From Ylistrum balloti (taxonomy: Eukaryota), in contig NW_026782152.1 of NCBI RefSeq assembly GCF_031769215.1, forward strand, positions 806,001-870,000: a stretch of DNA of 64,000 bases. Direction: 5' to 3'. Positions within the stretch are counted from its first letter, which is position 1. Each line of letters starts with the position of its first letter. Made by a program: the position numbers and the translations under genes. A model generated the notes under the pieces. It searched no databases. It saw nothing but the letters and a program-made list of their open reading frames with translations, and was not told the origin of the DNA. This document shows, in pieces, positions 48,401 through 62,415 of the stretch.

Positions 48401-51400
48401 CAGTCTTCCAAAATAACGCTTTGACCTTGTCTCGGATGTATTAAGTTAAAAACTAGAAAACTTAACAATATTTGATATAAGTCATTAAGGAAACATCGTT
48501 TCTTTTTGGCGATTAACTTTTGAAAAAAAAAAAATAAAATCATACTTTTCTGATCAGATTGTATACATTTCAGGTAAATGTCTCCCTTGTCAAATAATTT
48601 TCTTAAATATATATGCAGTCAATCTACAGGTCCACAAACACTAATCACACACGTGATTCATATTTAAACAAAGATATGCGCTTCAAGTTTTCCATCTATT
48701 TTTCATTGTTCCATTTAAGAATATCGTCTCATTTAGGAAAGGAACTCATCATATTTTAAACCTAAAATTGAGATTATATATAAAACACATACGCATCATT
48801 TTGGTATTAGCATTAGAGCTCGGCATATCACATATTTTATTGTATAATAAAACCTCCTTTCAACTACAAAAGTGGAAGACGGCACATATCTTTGTCCTTG
48901 GAGTTTTACTTTTTGGAATGAAAATTTGTTGAAGTATTGACTCAAAGAAACACAAATATGTTCTTTGGGCTATAATCACTATAAATATGTTTTGACAACT
49001 GAACAAAACGGAGAACACTGATATCGATATATAATGTAACCGACCGCTGGGCTCAGCCGAGAATATCAATCTTCTTGCCCACACAGCTCTGGTTTCCTTT
49101 TCTATTTCCGGAATGAAAAAAGAAAATATCAATCACAAGCTCCAGGCATGTTTATGCTACCAAAGTATCATTGAGTATATATATATATATGTTTTCTATT
49201 TTGTTCCGTATTGTATTTGATGTTATAACGTAATTTGACGGATTTAGATACCACCAACAATTTAGTCAATCGTTAATTTCTAATGCTATAGACGTCACTC
49301 GAGAAATACAGCAAGATGTCTTTTCAAAAAGGTTTCTGATATTTTGTTTCTATGTTTCGTTTCCCTTCAAATATGTCTTTCCTGCATCTACCCTCTGAGT
49401 AATTCTATTTACAGCAGGTTTTGGTAAAATTGTTCTTGTAAACTATTTACAGTGTACAAACAAATGAATAGGCCATGTGGAATCTGGCATTATCATTGGT
49501 CTCCTTGGTACCTGATCAAACTATGTATTAAATAGTTGCAGAGGCTGGGAACCAACTCGGGCGATTTCAAATCATGCAATTTTTTGTCTGGTAATTGGTT
49601 TGAAGTCTGCGAAACTTGCTACCCAAAGAATTACATTTAATAGTCGATTGTTAAGTATTGATTTTAAGACGATGATACTTGGTTGTTACGTACAGTTGAG
49701 AAGGGCTTTGTCTATCGACCACTCAGGTTTAATAGAATTTGTCCTGTCAGGACCATGTTCATATGTATTTGGAAAATAAAATGCAATTGAGTAAGTAGTT
49801 TATAATTGCTTTTTAAATTGACTAGGATTTTAATTTGCTACTCCTTGAATTTATATCCATACACAATAAATAGTTCCCCTTTTTAAAAATCCTACAACGC
49901 GAGGACTGGTCGATCTGTATATTGTCTACATTAACCATTGAAGTCTATCTATTCCAAATTATTCAATAAAGTCCCTTGTACATATTCTGTGAATGTCAGG
50001 AAGTTACGTGGCTTTGATTAATCATAATTGATTAGAAAGATAGTTAAACACACAATAGACCCACTATAATAATACCCCATCGATTCCTTGTAAAATGCAT
50101 CGGGGAAAGGGATATATATAAATAGTTTGTTTGTTGTCAAGGAAACCGTATTGATTGATGGACGTAATTATTGATATGTCAACTCCGAAACATAATGAAG
50201 CACTTAATGAAAAGGAATTTATATTTACAAAAAGGCAGGTCAATATGTGTTTAAACTTAATCCCCACATAGAATTATATAAATGTAAATTCGATGTGTTT
50301 GTTGTAATGTCTAAGTGATACCGCGCCGTACACAGAACAAGACAGATATTGCTGGTCAAATTACGAGATATCTCTAACATAAACAATGCGTATGTACACA
50401 CTCTCCCAATGAGTAAAGGATTAATGAAACTTATTCTGGTTTAGCGTAATAAAGTAATAAACTATTCAAACCCACGGGACCTAGTTCTAAGTAGATTCCG
50501 AAACCTTCCAGTGTGATATATGAGTAACGATAATTAAATAAAATAAGAGGTTTTCTGAATTCAGTATTTCATTTGCTGCTGCAGAATTTTTCTGAATTCT
50601 AGAATCTAACTAAAAATTAGGTGTACTATTGCAGCCAATAAGAAATACATTAAATACGAGATATTTTAAAATGATATTGGTTATAGCGCAAGAAAAATTG
50701 TCGCTTTAATCACTGCAAACGCTTCCTCTTTTAACCATTGTGTTGTAAAACAGTATGTTTTAAAAATTCTAAATCACATATTCATGATGGAGTGTATTTA
50801 AGGGAGCATGCAAGAAGTACATGTAACAGAAAACATAAGCAAGTAAAAAACAGCAAAAAAACGGAAAACTGTGTACACAATCCATCGATGAAGCAAGCGA
50901 TTCATACCAATCTCTCTCTCTTTACGTGAAAATGTAAATATTAACAGATCTATAAGATGGAATCATTCAAAAGAAATCCAACATGAATTTGTCACGTGGA
51001 ATATATTTCAACTGTACCGTAAATTCACGAAAAAATACACACCTTTCCGATATTTTGAAAAATCGATAGGATAAAGATTGTATTATTATTCAACTATTTG
51101 CGAACGTTGACCCGCACTGGTCAAATGTCAGTCTATACTTAAATTACACTCAATAGCAGCCAAAAAAGACAGATCAAACGAAAACAAAATCAATTTTAAG
51201 AGAAATAGACAGAAATATTCACATTTCCAGTCAGGGTGAGATAACTTCCCTGAACTAGCACGAACAGAGTAGATACGCATGAACCGGAAATGACCTTTGT
51301 TCATGACGTGTCAGGGTCAGACGGGATTATTGGCGCCATCAATAATCGCCATCCGGGCTTCATAAGCAAAATATATTTTTCCGGCGAACAATAATGCTTA

Positions 51401-51885
51401 TGCAGTAATATATTATTTGTTTTCGCTTATCAATAGGTAAAGTCAGGGTTCTCCTCATTGGGTTACCCAAAAAGAATATTCGCCCACGCTTCAGTGGTAA
51501 ACAATGGTTACATCCCTTTTATGTGCTATGGAAATTATAATCTATCATTCCCTGAGGAAAAGACAACAGACGCTTTGACGTCGCCACTCAGAATAGATTC
51601 GTGTCATCACTTTTTAAGTTCGGCACTCTATCACCATCACACAGGGGAGAAATATTCTAGTAATCGATTATACGTCATCTGATGTCAAACTCAGTTAAAC
51701 TTAATTTTAATATACATGTACTAAGAATAGCTTCAGGAATGTATCGCAAAGTACGTCTTCCATGTCAATGTACGTAACATTAGAAATTATGAATAAAGAC
51801 TTCCTGGTTATGCATAGTCAGTGCAGACCTCAAACTTACGAGGACAAACGATTTGTGGTACCAGATTGCCACAATTGAAAATGTA

Positions 51886-52490
51886 TTTTTAGTTCACCTG
51901 CCCATAAGGCAAATGAGCTTACGCCGTGGCGCAGCGTCCATCGTCCGTCCATTCATTGTCCATTTGGCGGCAAATTAGCTCATTAAATGACTTCTTCTCA
52001 ATAACCAGAATATCCAAGGTGCTGATATTTGTTATGTAGCGGTATTCTCGGATGGAAGACTTCCAATTTTGTTCGTTCGAATGAATGGCCTTGGTCCACT
52101 ATCTAGGTCTGTAGTATGCTAAAATGAAGGGTTACAAAGTTCGTTCAAACAAATTACATTGACAAATGATGCTTTCAAGTCAAAGAGGGTCAAATGTGAA
52201 TTAAATCTCTTCTAAACAACTTCTCAATAAGCGAGAGATTCGGAGTAATGATTTTTGACAAGTTTCACACCAATATATAGGACTACCACGTTTGTACAAA
52301 TATATGATCTTTAACAATACGATATCAAGATCATATTTGCTATGAACTTCAAGTTGCTTCTTTTCAATCGCCAATGGTGTCATCATGTTTGCGTAGTAGC
52401 ATTCCTTGCACATGGGCTTTCAAATATGTAAATATTTAATGAATTGGCACATGTCCTCTTAAATCCAGAATGGGCGAACTATGGAGCATT
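51886..52490 (-). mobile_element. HINE/Helentron-associated element, opposite orientation to 4780-5070
   Basis: ttttagttcacctgccc-ataa-ggcaaatgagct hairpin end followed by (CGTC)n microsatellite and aatgacttcttctc core-type sequence. The far end is approximate. Confidence 0.65.
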
Positions 52491-54681
52491 TGGTTTCACG
52501 AAACAATCACTGCATCTTGAGTAAAGTAGATTCAGATGCATAAAAAAAAACAAAAACAAAAATTAATGGCACAAAGCTCTCAACAATTTTGCCGTAATAA
52601 ATGATCCAATGTATAAAAAATAATATATGTTAATATCAAAGTGTAAATCTACACCGTTAATTGATTGTAAATATCTGGTAATTATCTAAATATTTTAATC
52701 GATGATATATTTGCTATCATCGCAAATGTTAAATTTGCATAATTCTGTTGTTGACAAAAGACTTGAATTGCATTTTTTCTGTAATTGCGTACTTCAATGT
52801 ATTTACATACTGGCATTCTCTGGACGTATTTCGTGATCAATGGCCTAGCAAAATGGAACGTTGATGTGAAAACATCTATCAACACTGCATCTGAATGTGT
52901 CTATCAAATTACCAGTCACAGCAATAATGTACCATTGATGGTTTTATTTTCCCAATTAATTAACTATTTATATAATTATTACAATGTAGCCCTGAACTTG
53001 ATGAAGTGCCACTAAATACATGAATACAGATAGTATGGCAGAAAGAAATCAAGTACCAAATCACATCGTGAAGTAGCGTTTCGGGTTATTTTAACCTTTC
53101 TATGACAGATCAATATAGTGCTTAGTGCTTTGGGAACAAAGTCGGTTCGCTCAATTTCGCTTTCGACTAAGTTTTAAGAATAATTAGAACATCTACTGTC
53201 AGCTAATGGTTATGGTATTTTTTTCTCTTAGGTGAGCATAAATGCCTTTAACACGGTTTTTGTAAACGGAATTTACTTTCATCTATTTACCAAAAACTTG
53301 TTTTCAATGTCTTTCCTGTAGACACTGTAATGTTTTAGTTGCTGTCATTGTCACATGTATGGAAACGGATCATACAAAAAACAGCAGATAATGTACAAGT
53401 ATGTGCATAATAATTCCTTGCTAAATATTTTGGCTAGAACACATGAAAATGTTGCCTGCATAGATTACATGGCAGCAACTCAAAACGTGTGCAGTATTAG
53501 AACGAATGTTGAACAGGGAGAAATATTGAAAAAGTACGGGAATAAGACCGTAATCATGCTCAAGTACCCATTTTGTGATCAGGCGCAAATGATTTTGATG
53601 ATAAATTTGGCACCTGAATCCATGCTTGAGCAAGAGAAGGGTTTCCTGAATACGGACCCAAGTGTTCCGGAAGGGTAAAAGTCATCTGCTTCATGGAAAC
53701 ACCCGCGTGTTAAGTTAGTTATTTTCTTAGTTACGAATGGTGCAAGATGTTATGGCGGACAAAAACAAACGTTTACTAAAATGTACCCTGTTGAAATAAT
53801 TATGCTCAGTTACCAATTCCAGATTAAATTGAACTTAAAAAAGACTCTCAAAAGACAGAATCAATTTGATCCCTATTTGAATTAAACCCAAACTGGTAGT
53901 TAAAATTGGAATTAAATATTTTGTTTAATTTGAACAATGAAAAAATGTTCATTGGATTCAATATCATAGGAAAGTAAGTGAAATATAACCATCGGACATT
54001 TTTCTGTACCATAATAAATCGCTGCGTATTTTTATTCACTTGGCATTGTTTTGTTTAAAACACGTCTGCCGAATGTGTTGACATTAATGTCCATTAAAAG
54101 GGAAAACATGCCTAGATCACATCTTATTAAAATATAGAAAATTGTCTTGCTGGTGTATCCGGCAGTAAAGTTCAGTGAGGTAACACTGTAAAGTCGACTA
54201 CTGCACAAACATATCTCAGCCCAACACATGCTCTCTATTCGCACACCACCATGAGAAGGTCCTTTAAAAACCCTGGCTGTTGATATGACGTTTAACAGTA
54301 TAACCTAACTGAAATATACTTTAACATTGCTTTAATTAAGATAATCCTTTGTCCAGCTGATCCATATTAACCAATACAAATATATTGATGAAATTATATG
54401 TAGGAGAGATATGAGATACGGATCCTATGGGAAAACATCCCATTGTTCACGACAGTGAATGATATCGTTGCGGAGATGCCAGAACAGATATGCATGCCAC
54501 GTGGTAGTATTTGAAGTGATTGTAGGATGAGTTCTTATTAATCAATGGACTCATTTACAAATTAATTCTTTATCAATTAATCTTTTTTATACTTTTTCAT
54601 CGTGATGATTTAGGTGATTGATTAGAAAGGTTTTAACATTGATGCCTGGAGCACAACCCATATATATAATAAGATATATAG

Positions 54682-54730
54682 AGCTGGTCAGTTAAGCCTA
54701 CTGACGTTTCCTATAAGGACGAAACAGCTA
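54682..54730 (+). ncRNA. Decayed type III hammerhead ribozyme-like motif
   Basis: agctg-GTC...CTGACG(tt)TCC-tataa-GGAC-GAAA-cagct; the core deviates from CUGANGA-G at two adjacent bases. Confidence 0.4.
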
Positions 54731-55678
54731 TATGATGTTGTTTAATTCGTTGTTTCGCTCTACAGTATCGAATGCTTTATTTGTGATCTCCTTGCGATAT
54801 ATTCTATTTCTATTTCTCTGTGATATAAAGCTGGACGTGTTTAATGCTCGTTTGTTTGCCTGTTGTTGTATACCTTGTTCTCATTTCAGAACTTGTCGTC
54901 GAAGAAGCAAAAGACCCTTACCCTTCTGGACCACCTGGCCTTATTCTACTTTTTTATGATTCTCTATGTAAATGTTTCTTTTGTTTATAGTTTGCCATAG
55001 TTTTATGGAAATTGAGTTTGGATTATCATAATGTTGACATGCTGGTTTTACGTTTTACCGATTGACCGAGATTTACATTGCCAATGTCATCGATGAAGAG
55101 AACACACTTAATCTCCCAGAATACCTGGTCTTATCATACTTATACTTTTTTCAGTAGTCTTCGTTTTATTCATATTCCGCTCTAGGTTTATTGCATTTGG
55201 ATCTTATGTTTAGATTAAGAGCGACTGAATGGGGATGAAAACGCAGCATGTATAACACATTACCAGACCATGTTGTTTGTGGCACTAATCATGATGTCTG
55301 ACTTGGACAGCAGTTAACAGATAAAAGCTATTTGGCGTTGCTCCCCGAATATTCGAGACATGATTTCTCTATAGATGCAGCACCTTTGTTTGTCCCACCA
55401 TCGTTGTTATTCAATGGACACCAAATATTTCATCGTGTCAATTAAACAACAATCACGATATTGATTTATTCTGTATTTAGAAATACACATAAAAAATTTG
55501 GAGCAAGATAAATAACCCATTTAGTTTCGAAAAGTAGTTTTACCTAACAAGTTATAACAAAACAGGGGTCAGATAGTGTCATGACACGAGAAACGGTAAA
55601 ATGGGACTGGTAAGTAAAAAACAGAGGTATGTATGAATTTAGTCAGATATAGTGAGATAACATTATATGTAGTAATAA

Positions 55679-55850
55679 TATGGCGTTAGATATAGAAGTA
55701 TGACATTAGATATAGTAGTATGACATTAGATATAATAGTATGACGTTAGATAAAGTAGGTATGACGTTGGATGTATGAGTATGACATAAGACATAGTAGA
55801 GCACACATCAGATGTAGTAGTATGACGTTAGATATAATAGTATGACGATA
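55679..55850. repeat. 20-bp minisatellite, about 8 copies
   Basis: Unit tatgacattagatatagtag. Confidence 0.9.
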
Positions 55851-58800
55851 TATGAAAGCAGGAAATTTAAGTCTCTCGAAAACATATGATTTTAATGTAG
55901 CCACCGGAAATATTAATGTAAGGACACATCAATGAAGATATACATGTCATTGCAATAGCGATAACACACCACCTGGTAACATTTCATTTGACAGAATACA
56001 TATTGATGTCTTTCTAGAAGGTTTGACGTCCAAGGCAAGAGCATGAAACGAGATATTACCAAGTGATGCAGCAGAAGAAAAAACAAACCTTTAAGCTCGA
56101 ATGGTTGTTAAACAGGTCTACAATTAAACTTATCCGTTGATGGGAAATTGGCAACATGTGAGACTTTAAATATTGTTGAATAAACTTTCATTGGTTATTA
56201 TTAAACATGACACAAGTCTCCTTGAATTCCTAGAATTATACGCTTTAAACAAGGAAGTCTGAATGATAACAGAAAAAAATCTGAAAATAAAGATCCATTA
56301 CAGACTGTAAACGTCGTTGGGGGAAGTTGAAATATGGCAGTGAAAAGACGTGTGCAGACATCTGACTCTGAGCACATCGATGTAGCATGAAAGCAGTTGA
56401 TCTATGTACTTCCCGTACAGGATGTAAACATGTGTTGGATCTGGGATGGAGCCTGCTGTTACCATATATGGTCATAATTACATTTAATTGCATGTTTCCG
56501 TATCCATACAAACTAATCAAAGGATAGTTAAGTGTAAAACCTTATACTCCTACAGAAGTAATTATAGAATTTCTTACAAACTTTCTACTTTTAGAGAAAT
56601 GTTATTCATTTCCTTCGTCAGCGTTTTCCAATACACTGCTGAACTTTCTGTGTCATTTCACCATTGTTTAAGTTCATAGCGCCAATATAAATCTCCCTAA
56701 CAACACTTGCCGCCAGTGCAGCGTTCATTAGAGCGGTATAGTTAGAAATAAAGGTGACAATTACCTATATGTACGAGTGACGGTATTGACTACCCACACA
56801 AGTCTTGTCAACCTGCTGTTTTGAAACATTCTTTTGATCTAGCAATGTTACTTGTTTGGATTCTTTTCCAAACACACTTGCATAAGGTCAATGGATTCCA
56901 TGTCTGGACAAAAGCGTTGATGAGGTCGCTCGCCAACTTTACCACTTGAAAGGACCTAGAAGTTGCAAATGATAAATGATGGTACTGTAACACGGTTTCA
57001 ATGCAAGAAAGGACAATGACGTATGCCACGTGCATCGTAACTAAGACAGATAGCTTCTCATCCAACTGTCAATACCACCCTCTCTATCTTATGTGTATTG
57101 CACCGAGCACAAGAGCCAGGTCTTTTAATAAAACATTCACTTTGAAACAGAGATGAATCCAACCATTGTAATTTTATGACTTGAAAAGAAAGCTTATACA
57201 TTTGCCTTGGAGAATGCGTTATTGGTCTGACGTGGTGTGAATAATTGATATTACCCAAGGGTAAATAAGCTTGTAGCTAGGGAGGTATCGACTTCAAATT
57301 CACGAGTCTTTGAAAATAATTTGGTCCTGGATGTATTTTTATCATTATTTTTTTCATTTCTGATCTTTTTATGCTTTGTGTGGGAGTGTATGCATTTATT
57401 TTATGACTTAGATTTTTTACCTAACATTAATTGAAAAACGTTTGCCTTTGTTTAACTCATCACTGTTACACTGTCTTGCCCTCGTTAGTCTTTAAACATT
57501 TTTATCAACTTCTCTGTGATTTCGTTTCTATCATGAAAGCTTCAAATAATACTCTAACCAAAGTAAAAGATCTACATATTTGATGATAATGATAATTTCT
57601 GTTCGGGCCAGTACCAAAAGCTTTAAAAAAAACGGATTAAGTGAAATATTGATAATATGGACCCTATCAATTTGTATGGGATTTATTAACGAATCAACGC
57701 TATTCTAAGTCAATACACACGTGTCAATTTATGCGAATAGTGGCACGATTAAGAATAAAATTACCCGATCTATAAAATTTATTATTTATATTGGGGTTAG
57801 TGCTCCAATCCATCTACATTTTGGCTTTTGTTTCGAACACATTGCCTCAAAAGCTTCAAAATTTATACCTCTGGCATCACTGACAAGTACTAGAAGGACG
57901 AATCAGCTGTGATATGCAGTTTAATTAACTGATTGTCACTGCTGCATCAGACTCTAAATTTGTATTAAAAGGTGTTATTCACTCGTGTGTATTTTGTACA
58001 ATCTTTGTATTAAAAGACGACTTTCACTTATTTGTCTTTTGTACAATCTTTAGAGAATCTTGCATGAAGAAGTAACGTTAGTGGAATTTCAACGGATTTT
58101 TAACAATGTGTGATAAACAAGAATGGTTTATTCGATGTTGTGATACCAACGATTTTGAAAAAGAAAATAACGTCACGCTGAAACCAAAGCAACGAAAACG
58201 TCACACATGCATTAATCAGTACAGCGAAAGGATAAAAGATCATCACCAAGTTAACAGAACCTTAATTCAACCTCAAAATCAATAAAGCTGAGACAAAATA
58301 TGAACAAAGCCACAAAGGAAATATTTACACCGAGAACCTTAAAAGAGCAAGGATAATAAAACCAGGTGTTTCCGAAGAGTACGCTTCTTTTGCTTCACTG
58401 ACGACACCTCCTTGGTATTTTTGGTAGATTTAATAATTTAATGCCATGTTCTAAAAGGAGAGCAAGGAACAAGGGAACCAGCATGCATATCAACAATAAC
58501 ACTAAAGTTAGCAAGCGGCATACATATTTCTTTATACATTATCAGATTTATGATGAAGGATGTAATCAGTTCTTGGCCAATAGAACCGATTTGTTGCTAA
58601 GCACAGTATTACATTGGTCAACTAATTATATATTCTTTACAGTCCGTCAATACAGAAAAGGTCATTAGCTTCAACACAATGTGAATAGAAAGTTGCAAAG
58701 GAACAACATCAAAGAAACAAATGGGTGAAAGAACAAACCCAATGGGTTGAAAGATAAATGATTATGACATCAACACATTTACATATTATATATCCAAAAG

Positions 58801-59929
58801 AAAATGTGGCTCTACTTCCTTTTATTTATTTTATGGAACAAACAAATAGCTTTCGGGTTATCTACCCCTTGTTGTGTGTTCACGATTCCAAATAATTTTG
58901 TACTGATTGTGTTCTTATGAGAAAACGTCACGTGCAAGGTGAAGGCTAATGCAATCCATTGAAATACGGTTAATCGCATTTTAATGGCATGCCATGCACG
59001 TAAAGAGAAAAAAAACGTATTTGCATTTAACCAATGGACAGCCAAACACAGGACTTTACAAATTATGGATCAATTACAGATCAATATTCATCAGTAAAAA
59101 AGCTCTGAACTATTTATAGCCTTAGGTAATAATCAATACCCATTGGTCAATTTTATGTTATAATAATTTTCCATAAAGATTTGCGTCATGTAATGAAAGA
59201 CTATAATATCGCATTTGGTAAGCTTACCTAAGCCCTGTACAAAGATTGGACATTATTTGGACTGCACGCATGAAACGTATCCGTATGTGGATACAGCTCC
59301 TTTCAACTTTTATTTAAATTCTAAAAGTAGACAGGTTTTAACTATAAATCATTTTGACACGAATATTTAAAGTTTTAAACGTGAATTCGAAACGCTCTCC
59401 TCATTATCAAGGATATGTTGCCGTTCACTATATTCAATTTTCTTATTTTTTTTTAGAAAGAAAGGAACTCACAAGCAATACTCTACAGAGTTGGACAAAC
59501 GGAAATTAACAAGCAGTAAACCATGCTGAAGACCTATATTCTGCGGATTAGAATCCGCATCACGTGAACTGGTTTGTTATTTAGTGTACCTTCCCATGCT
59601 TCCTGTATTTTGATATGAATTACCTTCACGTACATTAGCTAGAGATTTAAGTATGAAACCAATATGGATAACAGCAGGCGTGACTGAAGAACGTGGGGAT
59701 GAAAAGGCGTGGTGATCAGTCTGGCATAGCGCTAATAACGTGTTACACCAAAAATGGATCGACATTACGTTTATATAACCATATTTGAGCTCATAATCTC
59801 AATATAGTGCTTTCCAGAAAAAAAGCCGATATCATATATTTTCACCTAATGGTATATGACATCTTCAATTATATAATGATATTATTCCACACGTATTAGC
59901 AATTGCGGTCATCTCAAGGAATTCCTTGG

Positions 59930-60180
59930 AAAAGTGTGTTTTCTTCTGTAACTTTCAAACATTTGATCTTATAATGAAAAGAATGCCTTGAAAAGGGTGA
60001 TTTTCTGTAGTAATTTCCAAACATTTTAATCCTATCGTGAAACGAATGCATTTGAAAAGTGCGGTTTTCAAAAGTAATTTTGAAACATTTTGATCCTGTC
60101 ATAAAGAGAATGCTACGGAAAACATGTAAAAAATGTTGTTCTACAATAATTACCAAACATTTTGGACCTGTCATAACAGG
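59930..60180. repeat. About 63-bp degenerate minisatellite, about 4 copies
   Basis: aaacattt(t)gatc recurs at 59957, 60019, 60083 and 60155. Confidence 0.75.
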
Positions 60181-61768
60181 GAATTTTATATCGTTTTTAA
60201 TTGAAATAAGATCAGGGAACTCCTAAAATGCTCATTTTGACTTGTATATGCTTCTTAAAACATTCCTAGACTCCTTTCATTTCTTAAAAATGAAACTTCA
60301 AGATTTAAGAACATTTCATCTATAAATCAGTCTTATGTAATCATGTTTATCATACATGTTTCCATTCCGACCGTTCCGTTACATAGTCAAAGCTTCCGTT
60401 TCATGCCATCAACTCTAAGCGATACTGTAATTTTACTATACCCAATATCATACTGAAATACTAAATTATCGGTGACCTTACTGTGAACGGTTTCAATTAG
60501 AGGATAACAAAGTTCATCTATGTGTAATTAAGAATGCCCTGAAGGTTGCATCAGTTGACAAACGCGATGTTATGACTAGAATAGAGTTTACAACTATTTT
60601 TGCCATTATTTTTTTGTGAAAATGTGACAGGATATTGAAAAAGGACAAAAAAATTCATTAACAGAGCAGAAACGAGTACATACATAGCTCTATTTAGCAG
60701 TCATATTGATTACAGGCGCCAGCGTCTTTATTTGAACAGGAACCAGGCCTCGGGCATCTGTACTTTAATCTAATTAATATAATACTATTGATCATATTTT
60801 GTTTGAAGGTTGCCAATTTGATATTTCACATCCACTGATGATTTTATAGGAACCTTTCAGTATAATATATGTCACGAAAAACTATAGAAAAACCTTCTCG
60901 ACAACCAAGGAAATTTGTGCTTCACAAAATTTGTGAATTATGCAAAGTATATTACATTACAAACTGTTGAATAAGACGGTGTTTTGTCATGAAAGAAATT
61001 TTACCAAAAGCTTAAAGTTCAATTTTTGTTGGGAAAATACTCACAAGGCAAATTATCACAAGGCTGAACATAGACAGATAGTTTCTTCACATTACATATC
61101 CGTATTAATATATTATCTTCATCAATATATTTTCTAGTATATTCATAGCATTTGCTATTTATATACTCTATCCCTATTGTTTTCTTTTCTAAATACATTT
61201 TGTTTGTATGAGAGTAATGATGAATTCTAATAAAAGATCAAAACTCAAATTCCATAAAATATGGGCAAAATATGAACAGAAGAAAGGCTTACACGGAGAC
61301 TCATGACAAAGTACAAGGGAAATAAGACCAGATGGTCCGGAGGAGTAAGTCATGTAAAACCTTTGTTAATCCAAGAATGTAATGCCACGTTCTTAAACGA
61401 AAACAAGGTATGCAACAAAGGAACCGTACAGGCAAGCTGTCAAACAAATCGAATACTTCTCAAATAGATCAATTTGGTGACCATGAAACTTTCCCATTAT
61501 TTTCATCAACCTGCATCTTTTGAAACCCGGTGTTACGAGCTTGTCAGTTGACGACTTCTTGCACGAAAATTATGTTAATGGTAACAGGCCCTTGAATATC
61601 GAACCAGCTATACCACAGGATGGGGATGCAGGAATATTGCTATCTAGAAATGGAAATTTCTAAATAAGTTAAATTGAAATCATAACGATTATCATAAAGC
61701 TTAGTGGAAAGCAGTCCATGTTGGTTTCGTTGTAAAAAAAAAGATAGTGATGAGCAGCTGATGTTGTT

Positions 61769-62415
61769 AGACAATCACAATGTCGAGAACATTGAAAAGA
61801 TTATAGACAATCACAATGTCGAGAACATTGAAAAGATTATAGACAATCACAATGTCGAGAACATTGAAAAGATTATAGACAATCACAATGTCGAGAACAT
61901 TGAGAAGATTTATAGACAATCACATTGTCGAGAACATTGAGAAGATTTATAGACAAACACATTATCGGGAGCATTGAGAAGATTCATAGACAATCACATT
62001 GTCGAGAACATTGAGAAGATTTATAGACAATCACAATGTCGAGAACATTGGGAATATTTATAGACAATCACAATGTCGAGAACATTGAGAAGAAGATTTA
62101 TAGACAAACACATTATCGGGAGCATTGAGAAGATTTACAATCACAATGTCGAGAGCATTGAGAATATTTATAGACAATCACATTGTCGAGAACATTGAAA
62201 AAAGTTATAGGCAATCACAATGTCGAGAACATTGAGAAGATTTATAGACAATCACAATATCGAGAATATTGAGAAGATTTATAGACCATCACAATGTCGA
62301 GAACATTGAGAAGATTTATAGACAATCACATTGTCGAGAACATTGGGAATATTTATAGACAATCACATTGTCGAGAATATTGAGAAGATTTATAGACAAT
62401 CACATTGTCGAGAAA
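61769..62415. repeat. 36/37-bp minisatellite, about 17-18 copies
   Basis: Unit agacaatcacaatgtcgagaacattga(a/g)aagatt(t)at, head to tail with no spacers. Confidence 0.97.

Noticed and set aside
49500-50270. LINE RT traces (GPD, NQYGF)
   Set aside because: The motifs are in the wrong order for a single element and too short to support a call.
56808-57258. Mariner-like fragment (SYDARGI)
   Set aside because: One short motif only; no DDE motifs recovered.
61769-62415. CRISPR-like array (36-37 bp period)
   Set aside because: Units are head to tail with no unique spacers, there are no cas genes, and the context is eukaryotic.
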